A stretch of DNA of 64,000 nucleotides from Perkinsus chesapeaki ATCC PRA-425. Lineage: Eukaryota > Protista > Perkinsozoa. Below, one piece after another: positions 1-9,800 of the stretch. Every line of letters starts with the position of its first letter. Position 1 is the stretch's first letter. Below the pieces are notes generated by a model. The model was not told where the DNA came from. It did not search any database and saw nothing but the letters and a program-made list of their open reading frames with translations. Where the stretch lies: the NCBI GenBank assembly GCA_013115145.1, contig JAAPAO010000127.1, positions 3,552 through 67,551 on the forward strand. Reading direction: 5' to 3'. Position numbers and translations under genes: made by a program.

Positions 1-557
1 TTTCTTCTATCAACTGACCAATCGTTACCAAGCCACAGTCGAATCGTGACCTCTTATACACAGGGTCAGGTAAAGTTAGAGGGTCCAAGAGCTAAAGGCC
101 TCTTTCATGGCGCAGTAATTGTGCGCATGCGTGCACATCTGTTCTTCATCATTTTTTAATCGCTCCGGCCAACAATTCGGCTCTATCTCTATAGTAACTT
201 ACGTCCCCCGTTCACTCCGTTTAACTTAACAATCCCAGCAGTACTCTAGGATCCTCCAAACACCAACCCAACCTGCTCCTGGGCGAGCGCTACTTCCATT
301 TCTCTTTTTCCCATTGGTATTCTTTTATGGCAGCTTAGACCCTCGTTGCTCCGTCTAACCTCGATTTTCTTACATACTACAATGCCACTTAGATCTATCA
401 ATGCTTTAACTCGTTCAATGTACGATTATTGGACTTTCCACTCGGTTTTGTAGAATCGATTTGATGACGCAATGTACCGAACCTTTAGTCGTTTGCTGAT
501 AAGGTTTCCGTGTCACTTGTAGCCTGTGCCAGTCGTAGTTGATGTCATTGTGTATAA

Positions 558-2030
558 ATGGTAGACGATGCCAGCTTGTCGCCGCCGCCTTTAGAGCACC
601 GTAGCTCCACATCAAGTACAGTATCTTCGGTATCCTCTCTTGAAGATAAGCAACAGCTTGGCACCACAGCCCTAGTGCCGCTTCATGGAGTTACCATGAC
701 CAAGCTGCTTAGTAACAAAGGAGAGGCTTTCTATTACAAGCAAAGAACGAGTCGCATTCGTCAGAGACGAGAAAGTCAGCTTCTGTATAATCTCTCGGAG
801 CCCGTAGAAGAGCTCGATGAGTTCATATCTCATTCCTGGAATGCAGACCCTCAAGTTGCTGTATGGACCATGAAGCTACGAGTTAATTTCTGGTTAGCTG
901 TTATTATTAGTATCATTACAACTATAACTATGTCTTGGCTGTTTCGCATTGAATCTCGAATCACTACGATTGTCGGTATTCTGTTGTATGTCATTTTGTT
1001 GGCGCGAGGACAGGACATACCTCTCAAGCTTCCGTGCGTTCGCCGCACATGTGATAAAATGGTATTCTTCGATCGTTGTTGTATTGATCAAGTTGATCCT
1101 ATACGTAAGGTTGCTGGTATTAAAAGTATTGGAGCCTATCTTAATAAATGTGATAGTTTCCTAGTCTTATGGAGTGATGATTATTTTCAAAGGCTTTGGT
1201 GTGTATTTGAATTGGCATGTTTCCTAAAAGGTTCGGAGACTATGTCAAAACAAAGACCATTAAAGCTCTTTATGATGCCGATACAGAAGTCAGTTTTCCG
1301 TTGTATGTTTCTGACTACCGCGTATTGGCTTCTTCTGTCGGTCTCTCCGAGAAGTCTTCGTCTCCCTCTTGATGTCATTATGTCGGTGGCCCTGTTACGG
1401 TTCGTGATCCTCGGTGACCTGGGAGAAAGAATGAAAATGAGATATGCGTTGTCGGAGATCGATTTTGAAACCGTCCAGTGCACCGAGTCATCTGATAAAG
1501 AAATGATTATTGATCTTATCGAGGAGTGGTATGGCAGTCTTGAAAAATTCAAGTCCTACGTCTCGGACAAGATGTGTCACGCCGCCAAGGAGGCAGTTTC
1601 AACGGACAGGTTGATGATTCATATTTGCTGTGTATCGCAGCCTGCAATACTTTATGGCCTTGCCCATAAGGATATGCTACAGCCGGCACTGTATGCTTGC
1701 AGGGGCATGTTATCTCTGGTTGCTGTGATATATATCTCAAAGAGATTCGGTATGGCAAGCAACGAGAAGCAGGCAGTTAAGCCTAACGTATGCCGCATTA
1801 TCGTATATATAGTGTCCGTCTTGGTATCTATAATTGTGGATGTGTTGGAGAGTCGATGGATTGTTATTCGAAGTCAGCAATATTTTCAGATTATCTCGTG
1901 TGTCATCGGTGCAGTGTCCCTTCTTGTTGTTCCTGCCATCACTTTCTCATCAACTGCATCGGCGGTCTTCGGAGATCGTTTAGATGATCGGAAATGTTGG
2001 CGATGGTTGGTTGATGAATGTTCTTTGTAG
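558..2030 (+). CDS. TIR-like domain multi-pass membrane protein (paralog 1), intronless
   Basis: 490-aa ORF with FISHSW...FFDRCCIDQ...FLVLWSDDYFQRLWCVFELACF, resembling TIR betaA/betaB/betaC-alphaC motifs with the WCxxE glutamate; hydrophobic segments inside and after the domain. Confidence 0.7.
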   Translation: MVDDASLSPPPLEHRSSTSSTVSSVSSLEDKQQLGTTALVPLHGVTMTKLLSNKGEAFYYKQRTSRIRQRRESQLLYNLSEPVEELDEFISHSWNADPQVAVWTMKLRVNFWLAVIISIITTITMSWLFRIESRITTIVGILLYVILLARGQDIPLKLPCVRRTCDKMVFFDRCCIDQVDPIRKVAGIKSIGAYLNKCDSFLVLWSDDYFQRLWCVFELACFLKGSETMSKQRPLKLFMMPIQKSVFRCMFLTTAYWLLLSVSPRSLRLPLDVIMSVALLRFVILGDLGERMKMRYALSEIDFETVQCTESSDKEMIIDLIEEWYGSLEKFKSYVSDKMCHAAKEAVSTDRLMIHICCVSQPAILYGLAHKDMLQPALYACRGMLSLVAVIYISKRFGMASNEKQAVKPNVCRIIVYIVSVLVSIIVDVLESRWIVIRSQQYFQIISCVIGAVSLLVVPAITFSSTASAVFGDRLDDRKCWRWLVDECSL

Positions 2031-2038
2031 TTTACCGG

Positions 2039-2342
2039 GTATCTTGAGCTTCACCTTGCAAGATACAAAATAGGTTGATTGCTCGACTATCGTAGTTCAT
2101 AGTTTATGCCTTTCTGTTAGCCGTTCGAATTGTTGCGACGAACTGTTAGTTTCTCGCGTAGTACCTCAATTCTTGCGTTTAACTGAAAAGTATCTTAAGG
2201 TTGAACCGGCAAGATACGAAGTAGGTTAGTTGACGCACCTCCCTGTAGTCAAATGCGAACTGTAAGTTTCCCAAGTCTCCAGCACTTGAGTTATAATGAG
2301 GCGTATCTTGAGGTTAACCGGGTAAGATACAGAATAGGTTAG
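2039..2342 (+). repeat. Three dispersed copies of a 40-bp hairpin element (2039-2078, 2190-2229, 2303-2342)
   Basis: gtatcttgagcttcaccttgcaagatacaaaataggttga / gtatcttaaggttgaaccggcaagatacgaagtaggttag / gtatcttgaggttaaccgggtaagatacagaataggttag; GTATCTT..AAGATAC inverted arms. Confidence 0.9.
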
Positions 2343-2427
2343 CTTGTTGCCTTCAGTAATATTTTCTTTCTTGTGGTTCACGACTAATTCATCATCATTA
2401 TTATTAAACAGCAGACATTGCAGTTGC

Positions 2428-3984
2428 ATGGACCACGACGAGAATAACAGTAAATGTGGATGTCGTCTGCCCCGAGCCTCCTCGACTGCTAGTACTTCCT
2501 ATACCGCCTCGGGGTCCCGAGAGGATCTAGAATCGATACAGTCAACAACGCCGCCCAGTCCGACTGTTGACTTGCAGATTTCGGCGCATCAATTGGTGCC
2601 TCTACGAGCGGTTCGGACCTCTGTGCTTTTGAACATTCGAAAGACGGCATTCGAAAGGGCCGATGGGGACAGGAACGGTGAGTTGTATACCTTATCGGAG
2701 CCGGTCGAGCGAATAGATGAATTCATATCACACTCCTGGAATGCCGATAAAGCTGCGATGATGTGGACTTTGACGCTTCGAGTCAATTTCTGTCCAGCGG
2801 TGACCTTGAGTATCTTCACAACTTTGCTGCTGGCTTGGTTCACTTATATTGATGCCCGTGTCGTCACTTTGATTGGCATCTTGATCTTCATCATTACGAT
2901 GTTTTGGGGCCATAGAGTCGTCTCCGGGAGGCTGTGGCCTGGGTGGCTGAAGGACGCAAGTGCGGCGGATAAAATGGTATTCTTCGATCGTTGTTGTATT
3001 GATCAAGTTGATCCTATACGTAAGGTTGCTGGTATCAAAAGTATTGGAGCCTATCTTAATAAATGTGATAGTTTCCTAGTCTTATGGAGTGATGATTATT
3101 TTCAAAGGCTTTGGTGTGTATTTGAATTGGCATGTTTCCTAAAAGGTTCGGAGACTATGTCAAAACAAAGACCATTAAAGCTCTTTATGATGCCGATACA
3201 GAAACTCGTTTTCATGTGGACGGTAACCGCTGCGGTCTATTGGTCTGTCTGGGCCTTTACCCCACCTCAGTGGGCATCTTTGGTTGATGCGTGCATGTGG
3301 ATGCTTCAAATGAAACTGGTAGTTCTCGACGATCTTGGCTCTCGATTCACGATGGGCTGCTGCTTGACAAGCGTTGACTTTGACTCTGTTGAGTGTACGG
3401 AGGCAAGCGATAGGAAGACCATTATTGAGTTGATTAAAGAGTGGTATGGCTCCTTGGAAGCATTCCAGAATTACGCCCAGATGATGCTAACTGAGGTCGC
3501 CAAGAGCACCGTGGTGGCTCGGGAGAGGCTAACTGTTGACATCAGTTGCATGTCTATGCCTAGTATTATATATGGTTTGGCATTCAATGACATGACAACT
3601 CCTGTTACGTATACGTCTCGGGCGCTAATAGCGGTATTTCTAGTAGGCAGGTTGCTCAAATTCTTCATTCTCTCTCCACAGCATCCGGCGGCGTCAACAA
3701 CTCCGAAGAAGCTTTCCGCGCGTCGACGGACCTGCCGGATACTCTGCTACCTCTCGACGGCTCTGTTGTCAGTTTGCTTGGATGCTGGTAGAAGGTATTA
3801 CGAGCAGCGACGGCAGGCGGTGAGCTGGGCAGGCTCGCTAAGGCTTATTTCGGGTTGCATATTCGTTTTGGTGGCCCCGTTGGTTACCTATGGGCCCTCT
3901 TTATCATTGTTGTTTGAAGCGAAGGGATGCACTTGTGAAGCTCTCAAGCTGATGCTGACGGAGAGCACAGGCCTGCCTGAATAG
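2428..3984 (+). CDS. TIR-like domain multi-pass membrane protein (paralog 2), intronless
   Basis: Same motif set as 558-2030; first ATG at 2428 (the track start at 2344 is TTG). Confidence 0.7.
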   Translation: MDHDENNSKCGCRLPRASSTASTSYTASGSREDLESIQSTTPPSPTVDLQISAHQLVPLRAVRTSVLLNIRKTAFERADGDRNGELYTLSEPVERIDEFISHSWNADKAAMMWTLTLRVNFCPAVTLSIFTTLLLAWFTYIDARVVTLIGILIFIITMFWGHRVVSGRLWPGWLKDASAADKMVFFDRCCIDQVDPIRKVAGIKSIGAYLNKCDSFLVLWSDDYFQRLWCVFELACFLKGSETMSKQRPLKLFMMPIQKLVFMWTVTAAVYWSVWAFTPPQWASLVDACMWMLQMKLVVLDDLGSRFTMGCCLTSVDFDSVECTEASDRKTIIELIKEWYGSLEAFQNYAQMMLTEVAKSTVVARERLTVDISCMSMPSIIYGLAFNDMTTPVTYTSRALIAVFLVGRLLKFFILSPQHPAASTTPKKLSARRRTCRILCYLSTALLSVCLDAGRRYYEQRRQAVSWAGSLRLISGCIFVLVAPLVTYGPSLSLLFEAKGCTCEALKLMLTESTGLPE

Positions 3985-4034
3985 CATCATAATAGCTTAA
4001 CTGGCATTACGGCCGACCGTTCCTTTCCATTCCT

Positions 4035-4068
4035 GCGGTCTTGGGTTCAATTCCTGCTACTATCATTT
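4035..4068 (+). other. tRNA 3'-end-like fragment (intergenic)
   Basis: cggtc-ttggg-TTCAATT-cctgc-tactatc-a-ttt; same spacing as the other 13 fragments. Confidence 0.5.
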
Positions 4069-4142
4069 CCACGTATCGCATCTTCATTGCGTTGCCGTTG
4101 AGTTTTCAGGATTCTTCCGAGCTTACTTTGTTAACCTTCGTA

Positions 4143-6086
4143 ATGGCGAGTCACTCCTACCAGCAACCTTCCGTGTCTCGGCCACCGCCTCCTCCACCTG
4201 GGATGCTAGGATCGCCTCAACAGGTAGTAGTCATTCCCGGGAGTATCAGCTCGTCGAATGCTGATTGTTATTATCTATTCCGTATCGCCTGGACCATTTT
4301 CCTTTGAGCTGTTCGTTTTCCGTGCCCGGAGAGCGCTTGGAGACGAATCATCTATTTCAGAACGCGGCAGTTGCAGGATACGGCAATCTCAATCGACATG
4401 ACAACTCCGGTGACTCCGCCGTCCAACAGTACTAGATTGGGATGGTTGTTTGCCGTTTGATCGTTAAGTGCAGGTTGTTGATGAATGCATCACAGTTTTC
4501 TGCTGCTGCTGCCGCGGGAGTTGCCAAACCATCCACAAATGGACGTGTAGTATTACGGGTGGACGGGAAAGAATTTATTTTGCAAATGTATCAATCTACA
4601 TTCATCGGTAGCTCATGCCACAGGCGGCACTATCTCCTCAATCTCGGCGCTTCGGTTATTAAACTTTCCACCATGGCGGGATGACACATCGAATCCCAGC
4701 AGTCTCCAGCATTACGCAGTACCTGCTCTTCTAAATGAGCGGCCTACACGACTACGGTGGAATTCCAGCATCTACCTGGGAAATATGTCGAATGAATACA
4801 ATAAGATTTGCCGCTAGTCCAACCGGCACTACCCCCATTAAAGTCAGGGAGACCGTCCGCAGAGACGGTGGGATATCACTCAATAGTAGAGGAATGGATC
4901 AGCAGCTCATCAATTTCTATTTAAAATACTTTTGGGCGGCAAACTCGTTCGCCCTCCTCGGGAAGATAAATAGTCGAGCACATGTTGATATTCCGGCACT
5001 AGCTTCAACTCCCTAGTGCGCGTCAGTCACCTTGGCCCGTGTCAAGCCAGCGCGGAATTAAGCTCAATTCGGGCGGCGGTTAGTGTGTATTAGTATGTTT
5101 GAATTTGTAGAATATTTTACTTATGCGGATCCGTGAAGTGATATGAGATATCTTCCAATAATGATATGTGCTGCTGCGCACATCTACTTGCCGATGATCG
5201 AGATGCGTTTAATTCAGGCCCCAGTCCCGCCGCATAATTTGGCACCCCCTCACAAGACGGAAGAGCTTGGCCGGTAGGCGATTAGAGGAAAGAGCGGTAT
5301 GAACATGCGTGCAGTTACGGTCTCGAAGGCATGTTGGAGACAGTATCACCATCCGATACGGCAAATCAGTTCCGAAGACAGCTCCAGCTTGGGCTCGATG
5401 CCGGCTCCCTGCTCGGTGTTCCCGAGGCGCCTTTCGACACCCCCGGGACGGGTCACTTGTCGAAGGATCAGCTAAGGAGATATCGCGTGCCGAATTGCTA
5501 TTTTGTCGGTGGTGGGGATCAGAATGACCAAAGCATGTCTGGAGTGAGTTCCAAGTTGCAACGGTTTCGAGATAGATCCGTTCTCCTTCAGTTCCGGTTT
5601 GCGGTGAAGGCCAGTCATCCCAAGCAGTACCAGACCGAGACGCTCTTTTATATTTTCTATGTATTGGCCGGCGATGAAATGCAAGCGGTTGCCGCAATGG
5701 AGCTGCACGCTCGTGGCTGGAGGTTCCAGAAGAAGCTGCAGCTTTGGTTCCGAGTGGCAACTCAAGATGATATTGATGCAGCCATTGCCAATGGGGAGGG
5801 GCCCTCTCGGAAGGCCAAGGCCAAGGATTCGTCACACTATGTATACTTCGACCCGAGCGGCTGGAAAAATAGAATTTGGGGAGGCTCGTCGGCGGCATTG
5901 GAAAGTTCAGAGTTCCTCACTGCGGTTGATCATCAACATCAACTCATGGCGGCACCGGTTACTTTTCCTCTGCAAACGCATTTCGATCTCTACATGCCAG
6001 AGCCGACGGCAGCCAAGCAACAGCAAAGGCTTTTACAAAGGCAACAACAACAGCAGCAGCAGAGTAACAACCGAGTTAACGCCTAA
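4143..6086 (+). CDS. CNOT2: CCR4-NOT subunit NOT2/CNOT2 homolog, multi-exon
   Basis: Removing intron 5274-5314 gives ELGRYGLEGMLETV..LQLGLDAGSLLG (CNOT2-like); NOT2/3/5 box LFYIFYVLAGDEMQAVAAMELHARGWRFQKKLQLWF and YVYFDPSGW; 5' exons from ATG 4143 only roughly resolved. Confidence 0.8.
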
Positions 6087-6182
6087 AAGGCTACTATCAT
6101 TAGCTGTATTCGCTACTATGTCATGTCTTGTGTTTGAAAAGTTAAACACAGGAATATTCAATAACGGAAAGTAGCAACAAGT

Positions 6183-6335
6183 AATGAGATGGTTGCTTGA
6201 TGATGATCAAAAGGCGATATCTCAAGCTAGGCTGTCTCGGTGGTGGGTGATTCATACTAACGGCGAGGTTATCGATGTCTTAACAGACAAGTCTATTGTT
6301 ATCAACATCGTCTGGTCTGATAAGCTGTTGTTTAA
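6183..6335 (-). pseudogene. Decayed partial duplicate of the last exon of the USP7-like gene
   Basis: Translates QLIRPDDVDNNRLVC*DIDNLAVSMNHPPPRQPSLRYRLLIIIK versus QLIKPEDVISKELVGYDADDFAVSLDHPHP...SRYRPLTIK* at ~6894-7050; contains an in-frame TAA. Confidence 0.7.
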
Positions 6336-6893
6336 GAACGGATTCAAGGAATACCACTTGGATGGCTGGTGCCAAATGAGGTATAAATGCCTCGAGTAAT
6401 TTGCTAGCCCCAGAGGACACTATGGGAGTCCCATAATGGGACGATGGTGGATAGTCGTACAGTTCCGCCGGCTTAATAACAACAGACAGTTGACTAGGTT
6501 CGGGTTAAGTCCGACAGTCGTAGACCGTGATATACTATCGGTCCTCGACAGTAGTGCTGGGCGCGAATATCTTACCGCGATAATCATCTCGTTTCCATCC
6601 AAATGAGCTTCACGCGAATGAAAGAGATGAGCTATGTCGCATAAGGAAGTGACTCCCTACCCCAATCGGGATGTCATTCGATATTCTATGTAGCTGTAAT
6701 GACAAAGACCGCATACCGTTTTCCAGATGCGAGAGTTGTCTACAAAGATTGCTTCCTGGACTCTTCAATAAAGTCAAGGTTGAGTCATATCGTGCTTAAT
6801 GATCATCAGCTGCGTTTCGTTATTATGTTTTCGATTCACTAGTTCAACACAATCATGATCAGTTACAGAAAATAGCAATAACGAATGAGATGG

Positions 6894-9800
6894 TCACTTG
6901 ATGGTTAAAGGGCGATATCTCGACCCACTTCTTGAGCCGGGCAGTCTTGCTGGTGGATGTGGATGTGGATGATCCAAACTAACAGCAAAGTCATCGGCAT
7001 CATAACCGACAAGCTCTTTGCTGATAACATCCTCAGGTTTGATAAGCTGTTGTCTGTTGCTATTAAGTCTTTTTGATTGAGCTACCATCCACCATCGGCT
7101 CATTATGTGTTCTGGCACAAGCAATTTCTGTCGGATCTTCTCCTTCAATTCGGCACCGGTCGTTTGGCCCTAAAACAGCAATTCATATCTCTCTCAATCC
7201 CTCTCAACGTGCTTACCACAATAACCTTCACCAGAGTCGGGAATCCGAAATACATTCCACCTTGAGTGCCCCTGTCATAGTGTTGCACGTAAACCGTCAG
7301 AGGTTGCCCATCCTCGACCGGAGCGTGAGGCGTCACAATCTTAGCACGACAATCATCGTCGTCTCGTTCCAGCCGGATGTAACTATCAAATTATCGTCAC
7401 GCGCCACGAAATTATATCTTTATTTTACTCGAATAAAACATTTGTAAGCTTGTTCTGGGCAGTACTGTAACGTTGGAGCTCCTGGAAGATGTTGTCTTCT
7501 CCACCGTATACTTCCATAACCTTTACAGTAAAAATACCGAGGCCAGGAATCGAACCCGGGTGACTTACCTTCGATCTGTCGGTAACAACCATTCGGACAG
7601 GCACTGCCTTTGCATCACACTCGTCCTCGTGGATCACTCCGACCTTACGACAGTCGCTCACAAACGTCGGGTTCTCATCCACGAGGTGCTGCCACAGCTG
7701 ATTTACCGTCAAAGAAGGCTTTAAATCTGAATAATAAATGCGGGGTGCCGGGAACGAACCTATGCCTCACCACCCAGGTCATTTCCTGCTTGCTCGCTGT
7801 AACACTCTGTTGTCGGTACAACAGTCATTAAACCGTTGGCTACCTCTCTCACATGCTCATCGAAGAAACGAACCTGAGAAAATAACCGTAAATGAATGAG
7901 AAGTGTGGTATGACAACTTGAATATGAAATTTAAATGCGTTCTTGACATCACCATTGTGGTGATGATTAATGCGAAACCATTAATCATATAAAAATGGTT
8001 AATTGCACTCTATGTGGTGTGGAGTGTTTCCTTCCCACATACAGGATGCATAAATATTATATCACTATGGATTCGCGAATGATGGATCTCGCCGTCGGGG
8101 AGCTGTCGGCAATTAAGGTAGGACCCGTGAGAATATCTCCTAGAGATGACATTAAACACACTTACACATGCACATCCATTTTCATTCTCAACAAGCCTTT
8201 TCGGGACCCCGACTGCTTGCATCGTCCATTCGTGCGTTGGTGGCTGTCCCCAATGCAAAGATGAGAACTTCTCGTGTGACGCCGTCACATGGGCCGCCGA
8301 ATTGGCATCATCCAGTGCCGCCTGATGAGACCAGTCCACCCAGGTTCGATCCCCAGCGAGAGCACTTACGAAGAACCTTTGGTGGCTTCCAAGCAACGAA
8401 TGACCGGCTTCCGCACCGTTATTTAGGAATTCTTCTCGGGAAGCAGCTGGCGGTGTCCCTCCCGGAGTTAGTAAAATATCTTGCCTGAAGAGTATACAAC
8501 TACACCCTTCCCGCAACCATGGCCCGCTCTTTCGAACAGCTCCAGTTTCACAGGGTTGATTATAGGCGATCGAGTTTTGATCTTTCCGTAACCACAGCTG
8601 TCGGAAATTTCGGGAAAGTGTGTCGATTTTTTCGTATTAGGACCCAAATAAATTAAAACTAGTAATTAAATTGATATAAACTTGATATTGACTGATGAAA
8701 TTGATAACTTCATTAATATTTCTAATGATTTAGTGGAATTCAACATCTCAAGCACGCGATATTGTAAGAGTAGCAGTACTGGTTCGATGAGAATAGCTAT
8801 AATTATTAAAATGTCCTCGCCAGGGATCGAACCCGTGCCCCTACCCTTCATCAACATTGAACGTCTCTCGAATCGCTCTGGTCACTTGCGCCAAATTCCA
8901 TCTGAAATCCATCTCCAGAGTTTCAACCGGATGCGGTCGTCCATGTGACACAATCGGTGTCTCCCTAAAAACCGAAAATTTCCGGCGACATTTCTCGCTT
9001 TTTCTTACTGTATCGAAGCCGTTGACGGATGAGCGTTATTGCTATCATCGGTGCCACGGGAGAACGGCCGGTCCCAACTGTCATGCGAGCATCTGGCGAA
9101 ACAATGGAAATTTCTCGCCGAGCCAGCAGCCTTACATCCCATCAATGCTTGCTTCCTCCGCAGGGTCCACCATGTGAACAGTAACAACAACTTGATTAAT
9201 AAGACTAGCGAAGCAGTCTGCAGCTGTAAGTATCTTTTCAGAGCAGATAATGCACGGTTAACCTAAAGATTCCTCACCTTAAGTTTCGGGACCTCCGCAG
9301 AGCTCAAATCGGGCACGGCTGGGACAGGTGGATTCGGTCCGTCATACCATTGGCAAATCAAAACCGGTGCCACACCATTGCAAACGGTGACCTGACAACA
9401 TACCAAATCGATCAGCTGGGCGAGCGCTTTTTACAATCCAACTCTACCAGGTTAGTGAGCTCCTGAGGATCATCGAGTTTGACAGATGCAAGACCGGTGC
9501 GTCGCTCCGCCTCCTCGTAACACAAAATTGATCCACCGTCCTTTTCCGAGGGCACGCCTTCTGGCCAGAGCGAAAGAAACTGAATGCATATCCAAGGTTG
9601 AAGCAGGTAAGATACAAAATAACTCTACTTTGGCTAGAATTTCCTGATCAATCTCCTTCATATTCTGTAAGCCAGCAGCTTCCACCATCTCGCTGATCCT
9701 CGTTCCCAAGGCTGTCCGTAATGTCGGTGGCCCTCCAGCAGCCGTAACTCCTCCCAGGGAGATGTAATCGGCACCGAGCTCGACAACAGCGTGAGTTTTA

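Noticed and set aside
2039-2342. CRISPR-like array (40-bp palindromic repeats)
   Set aside because: Repeats are degenerate, spacers are 111 and 73 nt, the context is eukaryotic and no cas genes are present
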